Source: Dehalococcoidia bacterium (GTDB lineage: Bacteria > Chloroflexota > Dehalococcoidia > UBA6926). From it: a DNA stretch of 64,000 nt. The translations under genes and the position numbers were made by a program. A model generated the notes under the pieces. The model did not search any database and was not told where the DNA came from. It worked only from the letters and a program-made list of their open reading frames with translations. Below are positions 42,409-52,013 of the stretch, one piece after another (the stretch's first letter is position 1; every line of letters starts with the position of its first letter). The stretch lies in contig OZ242019.1 of NCBI GenBank assembly GCA_965204885.1, positions 109,521 to 173,520 on the forward strand. Reading direction: 5' to 3'.

Positions 42409-42942
42409 TTATTCCCACATGCCAAAGCCGGCAGACTGCGCCTCGGCCTGGTCCGCCCGCAGCTCGGCGACATAGCATGGGTTGAGTTCAAGCGAGAATT
42501 CATAGGCTGTGGCGAGGCCGGCGGATACCATCTCCCGGTTGACGTGAGTATCGTCGACGAAGATGTGCCGCAACAGTCGGCCATACCGGTCAGCCTCCTC
42601 GATACATTTCTCAAGGCGAACGCTCTGCCCCTCCGCAAGCTGCTCTGCAAACACCTTCGCCTCATCGAACAGCGGTTCATCGCTTTCCGGAGAGTCGATG
42701 CCGAGCAGGCGGATACGTGCCTCAGGGCAGCATACATCCACAGTATCGCCATCAATGACGCGCGTGACAGTCACGGAGCGATCAAAACGCGGGACAACTG
42801 TCTCAGCGGCTACGGAAACAGGTGTGGGCGTTGGTTCAGGTTCCGAGCAGCCCTGCAGGATCAGCGTCAGACAGAGAACGATGACAAAAGCAACTGGGGG
42901 AAGAACTCTGTGGCAGGAGCGAACAAGATGGAAGATTGGCAA
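42409..42942 (-). CDS. Thermonuclease (SNase-like) lipoprotein
   Basis: Lipobox LQGC, with VIDGDT, IRLLGIDSPE and DRYGRLL motifs. Confidence 0.88.
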   Translation of the reverse strand: MPIFHLVRSCHRVLPPVAFVIVLCLTLILQGCSEPEPTPTPVSVAAETVVPRFDRSVTVTRVIDGDTVDVCCPEARIRLLGIDSPESDEPLFDEAKVFAEQLAEGQSVRLEKCIEEADRYGRLLRHIFVDDTHVNREMVSAGLATAYEFSLELNPCYVAELRADQAEAQSAGFGMWE

Positions 42943-42974
42943 ACCGTATAAGCGGGAACGGACGAGTAGAAGCT

Positions 42975-43628
42975 CTAGCCCTCTTTGTTCTCAGACTCCT
43001 CGGAATCCGTATCATCGGACGAATCTGCGGATTCCGTGTCGTCGGACGATTCTTCGGACTCCACGGCCTCGGACGTCTCAGGCGCCTCTTCAGATTCTGC
43101 GGTCTCAGACGCCTCGGGAGCCTCTTCGGTTTCTGCTATAGCCTCGGCCTCCTCAGCCTCCGCTACAACGTCATCCTCGACCTCAATAGCCTCATCCTCA
43201 ACCTCGTCTTCAACGATGTCATCCTCGACCACCGCAACCGGAGCGTCGGCCTCAACAACAGCACCATCCTCGATGATGCGGCGGGCGCGCGTGCCGGTCT
43301 TGATGCGGGCGCGGCGGCCGGTCCGGCCACGCTGGTAGTACAGGCGGGCACGGCGCACCTTGCCCTGCCGAACCACGTCGATGCGTTCAAGACGCGGTGA
43401 GTTCAGAAGAAATGTGCGCTCAACGCCGACACCCTGGATCACACGGCGGATGGTGATGTTCGCGTTCGGGCCGCTGCGGGTCATCCACATGACCACGCCC
43501 TGCAGCTGCTGCGTGCGTACGCGCTCACCCTCAACAACCCGGTAGTACACGCGGACGGTATCGCCCGGGCGGACGTGCTGATAACGGTGCTGCCTGGGAA
43601 TTGAGGTCAGCAGATGGCCGACGTCCAT
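42975..43628 (-). CDS. rplS: 50S ribosomal protein L19 with long acidic C-terminal tail
   Basis: RPGDTVRV, GVGVERTF and GKVRRARLYY motifs; downstream of trmD. Confidence 0.93.
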   Translation of the reverse strand: MDVGHLLTSIPRQHRYQHVRPGDTVRVYYRVVEGERVRTQQLQGVVMWMTRSGPNANITIRRVIQGVGVERTFLLNSPRLERIDVVRQGKVRRARLYYQRGRTGRRARIKTGTRARRIIEDGAVVEADAPVAVVEDDIVEDEVEDEAIEVEDDVVAEAEEAEAIAETEEAPEASETAESEEAPETSEAVESEESSDDTESADSSDDTDSEESENKEG

Positions 43629-43784
43629 GATTCAAGCGCCTTTCCTGAGTGTTTCCACACGGAAACACATGACAAATCTGTGATTGCTCCTAATAGTTGG
43701 GGCGCCGCCCACTACACGCGTCGGCGGCAGCATTAGTGAGTATACGACCAAGCCCCGTCCAATAGCAAAAACCGCCCGTTTGCC

Positions 43785-44531
43785 TCAGCCCTCCCAGCCC
43801 TGCTCCCTCAAGAACAGCACGTCGGCATCGGAAAGAGCCGCGTCATTCAACAGATCCGGCCTTCTCTGCAGAGTCCGCAGCAATGATTGCTCCCGACGCC
43901 AGCGATCCACGCGAGCATGGTCGCCGGAGAGCAGAATCTCCGGAACAGCACTGTCCTCCCACACAGCGGGGCGAGTGTACTGTGGATGCTGCAATAGGCC
44001 GGATGCGAATGAGTCGGCCTTGCCGGAATCCTCGCCCCCAAGTACGCCAGGGACTCGACGCGCGACGGCCTCGATGAAGACCATGGCGGGCAGTTCTCCG
44101 CCCGTCAGGACATAGTCGCCAATGGAAATCTCATGCGTGATGAGCCGTTGGCGGGCGCGCTCGTCGATTCCCTCATACCGTCCTGAGATGATGATCATGT
44201 CATCCAGACCGGCGAATCGATCCACTACGCTCTGAGTCAGCCGCTCACCCTGCGGGTCCATGAGGATGACGGGCAGCTCATTCGCCGCTGTCCTGCCTGC
44301 GCCTTGCCGGGCTTCCCTGATGGCTGCGGCCAGCGGACCGGCCTTGAGCACCATGCCGGGGCCGCCGCCAAAAGCCGCGTCATCAACAACGTTATGCGGC
44401 CCCTCGCCGTAGTCGCGGAGATTGTAGAGAAACAGTTCAATAGCGCCGCTGTCCAGCGCGCGCCCGATGATGCTCTCACCCAACGGGCCGGGAAAAAGGC
44501 CGGGGAAGAGTGTGACGACGTGGACCTTCAC
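43785..44531 (-). CDS. trmD: tRNA (guanine-N1)-methyltransferase
   Basis: [28 protein letters not shown] and PQYTRP motifs. Confidence 0.96.
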   Translation of the reverse strand: MKVHVVTLFPGLFPGPLGESIIGRALDSGAIELFLYNLRDYGEGPHNVVDDAAFGGGPGMVLKAGPLAAAIREARQGAGRTAANELPVILMDPQGERLTQSVVDRFAGLDDMIIISGRYEGIDERARQRLITHEISIGDYVLTGGELPAMVFIEAVARRVPGVLGGEDSGKADSFASGLLQHPQYTRPAVWEDSAVPEILLSGDHARVDRWRREQSLLRTLQRRPDLLNDAALSDADVLFLREQGWEG

Positions 44532-44539
44532 CGGAGCGG

Positions 44540-45046
44540 TTACGCCTGCTGCGTCGGGTGCTCGTCCGTGCGGGGCTGCGTGAGCACCTCAAGAACGTGT
44601 GGCAGAATCGGCATCAGGACGTCAAGGCACTCCTGCACAGCCTTTGGACTGCCGGGGAGATTGATAATCAGAGTCTGCCCGCGAATGCCGACGACCTGTC
44701 GCGATGCCATTGCCATCGCTGTCTGTGTGACGGTCTGCGCACGCATCTGTTCAGCCATGCCGGGCACTAGACGATCCACTACATCGAGTGTCGCCTCAGG
44801 AGTCACATCCCTCGGCCCAACACCCGTTCCGCCCGTGGTCACGATGAGCGCAACGTCGCCGTCATCCGCCCAAGAGCGGAGTTGGGCGGCGATAACGGCT
44901 CGATCATCCGGCGTAATGACATTTTCGGACGCGATCCAGCCCGCCGCGGTAACCAACTCTTCTATCAGTTTTCCGCTTCGGTCTGCCCTATCACCGGCAG
45001 CGCCTGAATCACTCGCAACAAGGACGGCAACACGAATATCGCTCAT
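44540..45046 (-). CDS. mog: Molybdopterin adenylyltransferase MogA/MoaB family
   Basis: [17 protein letters not shown] and NLPGSPKA motifs. Confidence 0.9.
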   Translation of the reverse strand: MSDIRVAVLVASDSGAAGDRADRSGKLIEELVTAAGWIASENVITPDDRAVIAAQLRSWADDGDVALIVTTGGTGVGPRDVTPEATLDVVDRLVPGMAEQMRAQTVTQTAMAMASRQVVGIRGQTLIINLPGSPKAVQECLDVLMPILPHVLEVLTQPRTDEHPTQQA

Positions 45047-45117
45047 ATCAGCAGTCTAGCGGGCTCTGGCATGCCTTGCACGGAACTGACGGGCGGCTCA
45101 GCCTGACGTTTCCACCT

Positions 45118-45930
45118 TCAGAGCATCCGGGAGTTGGTGTCATCGATGGTTGGATAGGTTATATCGAGGAGAGAGGAAAAGGCCACCTTGAGCTTTTCGC
45201 GGTCTGCATTCGTCCACGATTGGCCGTCCTTGGGCAAAGCCTCAAGCACCCCGAGAATGGCCGGATGTATCCCATCCTGGCGAATAACGGCGTTTTCGTT
45301 TATCGGTAAGGAATTTTCGGGAATAATTTCCTTTTTCGGCGCTTCAGTCTCTTTTTCGGCTTGTCTAGCCGAATCTTTTCGATTATTCGTGGTCTTGCGC
45401 CGTGTTCTTGTCCCCTGGCTCCGCCCGAAAAGTCCTGGGTGCAGTTCTTTTCCGGCTTCATTCGCAAACGCAACGAAAAAGGTGACGGCTTTCTCGGAGG
45501 TCTCAGGGCCGGATCCGGCGCTTTGGAACGCCGTCTTGATCTGTCCACGAGTCGCCCGGGGCAAGTCGATTCCTTGAAGCAGCGGCGCATACCTCTCGTC
45601 AAACAGCGCTGCAAGAAGCTGCCGTTTCATCTCTTCGCTTGCCGGTCGAGTAAGTGTTTCAAGCCGCCGATCGGTATTTCCCTGTGCATCCATTAGGCCC
45701 AAAAAGAGTAGAGCGCCCTGGATGGCAGATCGGGTTGAACCTGAAAACGGCGTGTTACGCCACACGCTGGTGTCCAGCTGGTCCGGCAGCGGATCGAGAT
45801 CTGTCTTCACGAAAGCGATGAATGTCTCCCAGCTCTTGTATGAGCCGTAAGGAGGCGCCACACCACGCGACCTAGGACTACTTGTCACTTGTCCACCGCT
45901 CCGAAACCAGTTTTTCGCTGGTGCAATCAT
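45118..45930 (-). CDS. DUF5343-like protein (putative winged-helix DNA-binding)
   Basis: PPY...LP...ALLFLGLMDAQG...YAPLL...FF..FANEAG pattern, a basic linker and a small C-terminal domain. Visibly more AT-rich than its neighbours. Start may be GTG at 45888. Confidence 0.65.
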   Translation of the reverse strand: MIAPAKNWFRSGGQVTSSPRSRGVAPPYGSYKSWETFIAFVKTDLDPLPDQLDTSVWRNTPFSGSTRSAIQGALLFLGLMDAQGNTDRRLETLTRPASEEMKRQLLAALFDERYAPLLQGIDLPRATRGQIKTAFQSAGSGPETSEKAVTFFVAFANEAGKELHPGLFGRSQGTRTRRKTTNNRKDSARQAEKETEAPKKEIIPENSLPINENAVIRQDGIHPAILGVLEALPKDGQSWTNADREKLKVAFSSLLDITYPTIDDTNSRML

Positions 45931-46130
45931 CCACCAATTTTTCGCCCGCTGTCAACATCACAATTTCGTCCATGAATCGAGATGTTTTTCGTTCAGTGGA
46001 CACGGCGTGACAAATTCTTGAGACTGCTTTCATTTCGGTAGACGATTGTTCGTGCGACGGGGAAAAGGGACGCGCGGGAATACGCATCGAGCGTCCTTGA
46101 AAGAAAAGGATCGGGAGCAAGGAGGGAGTC

Positions 46131-47072
46131 ATGGTGGCGAATTCGCATATCTACCATGTCCCTGCCCTATTGGACGAAGTCATTGAAACGCTTCAGCCGT
46201 ATGCCGGTGGGAAGTACATTGACTGCACGCTCGGCGAGGGGTCCGTCACTGAGGCGCTCCTTTCCGCAGGCGCGCAGGTGCTCGGCATAGATGCTGATCC
46301 GGAGATGCTTTCGTCGGCGGCGCGTCGTTTGGGGGACCTGCCGAATGCGCAATACACGCTGGTGCAGGCGAACTTCGCGTCCCTTAAAGAGGTGGCAGTC
46401 GCACACGGCTTTACGGAGGCGCAGGGAATCATCATGGACGTTGGCCTGTCTTCTCGGCAGTTGCAGGCCATACGTCGCGGCTTCACATTCCAGGACAATC
46501 AGCCACTGGATATGCGGTATGACCCTCGGCAAGACGTCACCGCCGCAGACCTGGTGAATGATCTCCCGGAGCAGGAGCTTATCGACCTCCTCAGAACGTA
46601 CGGTGAGGAGGACGCGTGGTCGGCCCGGTCCATCGCGAGGACAGTTATGGGGAGGCGGCCACTCAGTACGACACGGGAGCTCGTTGAATGTATCGAGCTC
46701 GCAGTCGGGCAGCGCAGCGCGGCGCGAATACACCCGGCCACCAAGGCGTTCATGGCGCTTCGGATGGTGGTCAACGCAGATCTCCAGGCCTTGGAGTCGG
46801 CCCTCCCGCAGGCACTGGATCTGTTGGCTCCCGGCGGCAAATTGGCCGTCATCGGATACCAGAGCCTGGAGGATCGCCTCATCAAGCGATTCCTTCACCA
46901 GGAGGCAAAGGACTGCCTCTGCCCTACTGCCCAACTGGTCTGCACGTGCCAACACACGGCGACGGTCAGGCTCCCACGGCGGCAGGGAATCACTCCTTCC
47001 ATCGCTGAGATTGCGCGCAATCCCGCAAGCCGGTCGGCCCGGTTGCGGATCGCGGAGCGCGTCGCAGCGTGA
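46131..47072 (+). CDS. rsmH: 16S rRNA m4C1402 methyltransferase RsmH (MraW), divergent
   Basis: HVP.L, DCTLG, PLDMR, YGEE, HPATK, SLEDR and NP.SRSARLR motifs. Confidence 0.9.
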   Translation: MVANSHIYHVPALLDEVIETLQPYAGGKYIDCTLGEGSVTEALLSAGAQVLGIDADPEMLSSAARRLGDLPNAQYTLVQANFASLKEVAVAHGFTEAQGIIMDVGLSSRQLQAIRRGFTFQDNQPLDMRYDPRQDVTAADLVNDLPEQELIDLLRTYGEEDAWSARSIARTVMGRRPLSTTRELVECIELAVGQRSAARIHPATKAFMALRMVVNADLQALESALPQALDLLAPGGKLAVIGYQSLEDRLIKRFLHQEAKDCLCPTAQLVCTCQHTATVRLPRRQGITPSIAEIARNPASRSARLRIAERVAA

Positions 47073-47179
47073 CCGGAGGATCGGACAGTCAGGCAGTGCA
47101 GCGCGGGGAAAGCACAGGTACGAGAGGACAGCGGGCAGCGTAGCGCGGGAAGCAGTGAGAACGTGGGGAGTGGCGAGAG

Positions 47180-48529
47180 ATGGATCGGATAGTCGCCGGC
47201 ATCGAACTCGGTGAGAGGAAACTTCGAGTCGCCGTTGCACGGCATCGACCGGGATCTACCCGGATGCTCACGGGTATCGAGGCGCCCTCGGCAGGCATCG
47301 AAGACCAGAGAGTCGTCGATGCGCGTGAGTTGGCGGCCGCCCTGGACGGCATCTCCCGGAAACTGCGGACATCCGTCGATTTCCCTCTCGAGAACGCCGT
47401 GTTCGTCGTTCCCACCGGCCAGATCCAAATCCACGAGACTGAAGCAAGCATCCGGCCATCCGGCTCCCGGGGAACAGTGACAGAGGAGGACGGCGAGCGG
47501 CTGTTGGATAAGAGCCGCCCCGCCTTTCCGCGTAATGACCGCCACCTGATCCATGTCATCCCACAGGCGTACTTGCTGGACGGCAAGGAAACGGAGCGGC
47601 TGCCGGTTGGCAAGACAGGCCAGGACCTTCGAGTTCTCTCTCTGTCCGTCTCATGTGAGGCTGATACAGCGGCAAACATCCGCGAGGCCGCGCAGTTGGC
47701 CGGAAGCGACAGGGTTGCCGTAATGGCCGGGCCGATGGCGGAGAGTCATGCAGCGCTGACCGACACAGAGCGGGAACGCGGCGCTGCCGTTCTTTCCATC
47801 GGCGAGCGGATTAGCACGGTTACCATCATGCATTACGGTCAGTATCTTGGTTCGGCGAAGATCGGTATTGGTGCTCGGCATTTCACCAATGATCTCTCAA
47901 TCGCCCTCAATCTGCCCTACCCCACCGCCGAAGCTGTGCTGGAACAGGTTGCAACCTTTTCAAACACCGTGGGGCCATCACGCGCCGCAATAACGGTCGC
48001 TGATGAGGGCATCGACATTGACCGAGTGGAGATGGTGGCAACGCTCCGTGACCGAGCCGAAGAGCTCTTCTCTCTGACTGAGGACGCTATCGAGAGCATC
48101 GCAGGAGATCGCGAGTTGCCGGGCGGTCTGGCCATCGCCGGCCAGCCGATCTTGCGTGACGGGCTCTCCCAACTGGGACGTTCCGTGATCTCCATGCCCA
48201 TTCACTGGGCAGCGCCGCGCGGCATCGAGGGCATACCCCTCGCTATCTCAAATAACGCGGCGTGGGTACCGGCCATTGGGCCTCTCGTCTGGGCTGGAAC
48301 TATCAAGGATCCCCTAACACATCCGGCATTCCATTCCGAACCGGGCAGCAAGTCCGGCGGCATTCTGCGTCGCTTGACCGGTAGGTTCGGCGGACGAAAC
48401 GGAGCGAAGCCCCCTTCAACTGAAACATCGACTAACGACAATTCAGAGCGAGCCGCGCGCAGGAAGAATGCGTCGGTTGCTCGGGGTACCGGCAAGCGGG
48501 AAAGAAGCCGGGAAATAGCGCGGGTTTAG
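47180..48529 (+). CDS. ftsA: Cell division protein FtsA, degenerate nucleotide-binding motifs
   Basis: Lies immediately before ftsZ. 1C-domain motif IHVIPQAYLLDG, L...E.E.G, G..HFTNDLSIAL, and C-terminal amphipathic GILRRLTGRF. Confidence 0.82.
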   Translation: MDRIVAGIELGERKLRVAVARHRPGSTRMLTGIEAPSAGIEDQRVVDARELAAALDGISRKLRTSVDFPLENAVFVVPTGQIQIHETEASIRPSGSRGTVTEEDGERLLDKSRPAFPRNDRHLIHVIPQAYLLDGKETERLPVGKTGQDLRVLSLSVSCEADTAANIREAAQLAGSDRVAVMAGPMAESHAALTDTERERGAAVLSIGERISTVTIMHYGQYLGSAKIGIGARHFTNDLSIALNLPYPTAEAVLEQVATFSNTVGPSRAAITVADEGIDIDRVEMVATLRDRAEELFSLTEDAIESIAGDRELPGGLAIAGQPILRDGLSQLGRSVISMPIHWAAPRGIEGIPLAISNNAAWVPAIGPLVWAGTIKDPLTHPAFHSEPGSKSGGILRRLTGRFGGRNGAKPPSTETSTNDNSERAARRKNASVARGTGKRERSREIARV

Positions 48530-48559
48530 AGGAAACGGCAGAAAGGGAGGAAAACGGAT

Positions 48560-49627
48560 ATGTCACTGCCTGAAGATGTAGATGGGTTGGTTCGCATCAA
48601 GGCGTTCGGCATTGGCGGCGGCGGCGGAAACGCGGTCTCCAGGATGGCTCGAGAGGCCGTCCCGGGCATCGAGTACATCGCCGTGAACACGGACGCGCAA
48701 GCCCTTGCGCGCTCGGACGCGCCTTATCGCCTTCGCATTGGCGACCAGATCACCCGCGGCCTGGGCGCGGGCGGCAACCCTGAGATTGGCCGACAGGCCG
48801 CAGAGGAAAGCCGGGACGACATCTATGAGGCCGTCAAGAATTCTGACATGGTCTTCATCGCAAGCGGCATGGGCGGCGGCACCGGCACCGGCGCAGCCCC
48901 TGTTATCGCCTCAGTTGCCCGGGAAACCGGCGCGCTCACCATCGGAATCGTCACGCGACCCTTCGCTTTTGAGGGCACTCACAGGGCCCGACAGGCTGAA
49001 GAGGGAATTGCCAGCCTGCACGGCTGCGTTGACAGCCTAATCATCGTTCCGAACGAGCGGCTCCTTGCCGTGGCCGGAACGGAAGCCTCCTGGCATGATG
49101 CGTTCCGCATGGCTGACGATGTTCTGGGACAGGGCGTCCACGCCATCTCCGAGCTCGTCACCGTCCCCGGTGAGATCAACCTTGATTTCGCGGACGTGCG
49201 AACCGTAATGTCCATGTCCGGTCAGGCCCTCATGGCCATCGGTAACGGCCGCGGCAGCACGCGAGCAACGGACGCAGCGAAGGCTGCCATCCAGAACCCG
49301 CTCCTTGAAATCGATATCACAGGCGCAACCGGCGTCCTGTACAACATCACTGCCGGTTCCGACCTCTCGTTGGCGGAGATCCATGCAGCCTCGGACATCA
49401 TTTCCCAGGCCGTTGATCCCAACGCCAACATCATCTTCGGCGTCGTCTCCAACCGTGCCAGCGACGGTGAGGTCCAGTTGACCCTTATCGCCACGGGCTT
49501 TGAGACCGAGCAGGAAACCTTCGAGGATGACGAGGTTGTCGATCAAATCCTGCGCGACGCGCTCGGTGACGGAGACCTCGATCTCCCGCCGTTCCTGCGC
49601 CGCAAGTCGAGGAGGGTTGCTCGCTAA
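48560..49627 (+). CDS. ftsZ: Cell division protein FtsZ
   Basis: [23 protein letters not shown] and C-terminal LDLPPFLRR motifs. Confidence 0.97.
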   Translation: MSLPEDVDGLVRIKAFGIGGGGGNAVSRMAREAVPGIEYIAVNTDAQALARSDAPYRLRIGDQITRGLGAGGNPEIGRQAAEESRDDIYEAVKNSDMVFIASGMGGGTGTGAAPVIASVARETGALTIGIVTRPFAFEGTHRARQAEEGIASLHGCVDSLIIVPNERLLAVAGTEASWHDAFRMADDVLGQGVHAISELVTVPGEINLDFADVRTVMSMSGQALMAIGNGRGSTRATDAAKAAIQNPLLEIDITGATGVLYNITAGSDLSLAEIHAASDIISQAVDPNANIIFGVVSNRASDGEVQLTLIATGFETEQETFEDDEVVDQILRDALGDGDLDLPPFLRRKSRRVAR

Positions 49628-49682
49628 GCCCCTTTAGGGCTCCAAAAAAGAACTTCTAGCACCCAGTCTTCCCCTACCCCCA

Positions 49683-49736
49683 GGGAAGCGCAGGCCACCC
49701 GAACTATCGGATCTTCGGCCTGCGTTTTCCTTTTTT
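49683..49736 (+). terminator. Intrinsic terminator after ftsZ
   Basis: GGGAAGCGCAGGCC...GGCCTGCGTTTTCC stem followed by T6; lies between convergent genes. Confidence 0.7.
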
Positions 49737-49743
49737 AAGCTCT

Positions 49744-50700
49744 TTAACTCGCTCGCGCCCCGGTGAGTTCCCGCGGCAACAGGAATGTGACGTTCTCTTC
49801 CAGCGCCTTCAGCGTCCGAACGTCCTCCACTCCCGCGGCCATGAAATGCGCGATAACCTCTTCCACGAGGGAGTCCGGAGTGGACGCCCCGGAGGTGATG
49901 CCCACTGACTGCGCGCCCTGCAGCCAGGACTCATCCAGGTCCACCAGGCTGTCCATCAGATACGCCCTGCACTGCCCTGTATCCGCCACTTCTCGCAGAC
50001 GCTGAGAGTTGCTGCTGTTCTCGGCGCCGAGAACCAGGACCACATCCGCTTCCTGCGCCAACAGCTTCACGGCGTCCTGCCGGTTCTGTGTTGCAAAGCA
50101 GATATCGGAGCGCGCAGGCATTCGGATCTTGGGAAAGCGCATCTTGAGCGCATCCACGATGTCCTTCGTCTCATCCACGCTCAGGGTTGTCTGTGTAACG
50201 AGCGCCACGCGCTCTTCATCCGGGACGCTGACCGTGGCCACATCATCCATATCCTGGACCAGGATGATGTCGTCAGGCGCCTCGCCCATCGTGCCGATGA
50301 TCTCATCATGGCCCGCGTGGCCGACAAGGAGAACCTTGTAACCGTCCCGAACGTAGCGGACGGCCTCCACGTGCACCTTTGTCACCAGCGGGCACGTGGC
50401 GTCGATGACATCAAGCTCGCGTCCCTTCGCCATCTCCCGCACGATGGGCGCGATGCCGTGCGCGCTGAAAATCATGCGCGCCCCCACGGGCGCCTCAGAC
50501 ACCTCTTCAACGAACACCGCGCCCTTCCGCTCCAGATCCCGCACCACAAAGAGGTTATGGACGATCTGCCGGCGCACGTATATCGGCGGGCCGTACTCCG
50601 CCAGGGCGAGCTCAACTGCCTCGATGGCGCGGATCACGCCGGCGCAGAAGCCACGCGGCTCGGCAAGAATAACTCTCTCGATCGACAGTGATTTATTCAT
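49744..50700 (-). CDS. ispH: 4-hydroxy-3-methylbut-2-enyl diphosphate reductase
   Basis: RGFCAGV, DATCPLV, ICFATQNRQ and SSNS motifs. Confidence 0.96.
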   Translation of the reverse strand: MNKSLSIERVILAEPRGFCAGVIRAIEAVELALAEYGPPIYVRRQIVHNLFVVRDLERKGAVFVEEVSEAPVGARMIFSAHGIAPIVREMAKGRELDVIDATCPLVTKVHVEAVRYVRDGYKVLLVGHAGHDEIIGTMGEAPDDIILVQDMDDVATVSVPDEERVALVTQTTLSVDETKDIVDALKMRFPKIRMPARSDICFATQNRQDAVKLLAQEADVVLVLGAENSSNSQRLREVADTGQCRAYLMDSLVDLDESWLQGAQSVGITSGASTPDSLVEEVIAHFMAAGVEDVRTLKALEENVTFLLPRELTGARAS

Positions 50701-50891
50701 ATCGTCTATTACAACTCGTCTGTTACAACTTACTACTACCTGCTCTAATCATACACGGAGGCCGTCAACCTTTTCTCATTTGCAGCTCCATCTTGGAGCA
50801 TGGGCAATGTTGTTATAGTGGAGATGGCGCGGAGAGCGGCTATGCCGTATAGTTTGCGATTCACGCGCCCCAACACCACCGGAGGTGGCTT

Positions 50892-51824
50892 GTGAAAGAC
50901 ATTCGTCTTCACCGAGAGATTCCCCGAAACGTCCGCACCATCATCATGGCGTTCTTTGGATGGTCCGATGCCGGCGATGCCGCCACCGGCGCCGTCGATT
51001 TCCTCGGGCGCGCGCGCAATGCCGAGCTCGTCGCCGAGTTCGATCCTGACGAGTTCTTCAACTTCACGGACTACCGCCCTATCGTCAACGTCGACGACTC
51101 CGGCGTGCGGTCTCTCACGTGGCCGCAGAACCGCTTCTATCTCGCGCCGGGCACGGACGCGACGGAGCCGCTTCTGCTCTTCTCCGGTATTGAGCCGCAC
51201 CTGCGGTGGAACCAATTCAGCGCACAGTTCGTTGACTTCATTCTTGAATGTGGCGTCGAGCACATAATCTCATTCGGCGCGCTGCTAAACGCCGTGCCCC
51301 ACACCCGCAAACCGTTCGTCAACGGCAGCAGCAGGACGCCGGAGATCAAGGCGACCATGGAACGCCTCGGAATCGCACGCGGCGGCTCTTACAACGGCCC
51401 GACCGGTATCTCGTCCGTCATTGCGGAGGCGTGCCAAAAGCGCGGCATCGGCTCCTCCAGCTTCTGGGGTCATGTGCCGCACTACATCCAGACATCGCCG
51501 AACCCCACCATCATCCACGCCATCCTGGACACCCTGCGACAGTCCATGGGCATCGGCGCAGACCTCCGTGAACTGGAGGGCGAGTCGGCGGCGTTCTACG
51601 AGCAATGCGAAGAGGCCATTGAGGAAGAGCCGTCCATGCGGCAGTACGTCCGCAAACTGGAGCAGTACTACGACGAAACGGAGGCGGAACAGCAGCCCGG
51701 TCGACCGAGCAGCACGGGCATCATCACCCCCGGCTCGCCGGAGTTCCCGGACGCGCAGGACCTCGTCGATGACCTCGAAGACTTCCTTCGCCGCCGCCCG
51801 CCCTTCAACGGCAACTCGTCCTAG
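50892..51824 (+). CDS. PAC2 family protein
   Basis: AFFGWSDAG, GIEPHLRW, VPHTR, GPTGI and VPHY motifs. Confidence 0.88.
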   Translation: MKDIRLHREIPRNVRTIIMAFFGWSDAGDAATGAVDFLGRARNAELVAEFDPDEFFNFTDYRPIVNVDDSGVRSLTWPQNRFYLAPGTDATEPLLLFSGIEPHLRWNQFSAQFVDFILECGVEHIISFGALLNAVPHTRKPFVNGSSRTPEIKATMERLGIARGGSYNGPTGISSVIAEACQKRGIGSSSFWGHVPHYIQTSPNPTIIHAILDTLRQSMGIGADLRELEGESAAFYEQCEEAIEEEPSMRQYVRKLEQYYDETEAEQQPGRPSSTGIITPGSPEFPDAQDLVDDLEDFLRRRPPFNGNSS

Positions 51825-51861
51825 GCTCGTACTCCCTACCCCGCGCTAGAATGGGTTTAGA

Positions 51862-51935
51862 CGGGGCGTAGCGCAGCCCGGCAGCGCGCCTGCTTTGGGA
51901 GCAGGAAGTCCCCGGTTCAAATCCGGGCGCCCCGA
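51862..51935 (+). tRNA. tRNA-Pro(TGG)
   Basis: Acceptor stem CGGGGCG/CGCCCCG, D-arm TAGCGCAG, anticodon arm CCTGC-TTTGGGA-GCAGG, T-loop GGTTCAAATCC. CCA is not encoded. Confidence 0.95.
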
Positions 51936-52013
51936 CTTTCTTCACATTCGCGCAGACCTACGCCTTTAGAAGAAGGCGGCACTCCGCGTTCCCGCACTAG
52001 TGGTCACCGATGT

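Noticed and set aside
42409-42942. Nuclease as toxin or defence gene
   Set aside because: A lipoprotein SNase in a housekeeping context with no immunity or defence neighbours.
46167-47240. 357-aa minus-strand ORF
   Set aside because: Antisense shadow of rsmH.
49628-49743. Possible ncRNA after ftsZ
   Set aside because: Adequately explained as a long terminator hairpin with a T-tract between convergent genes.
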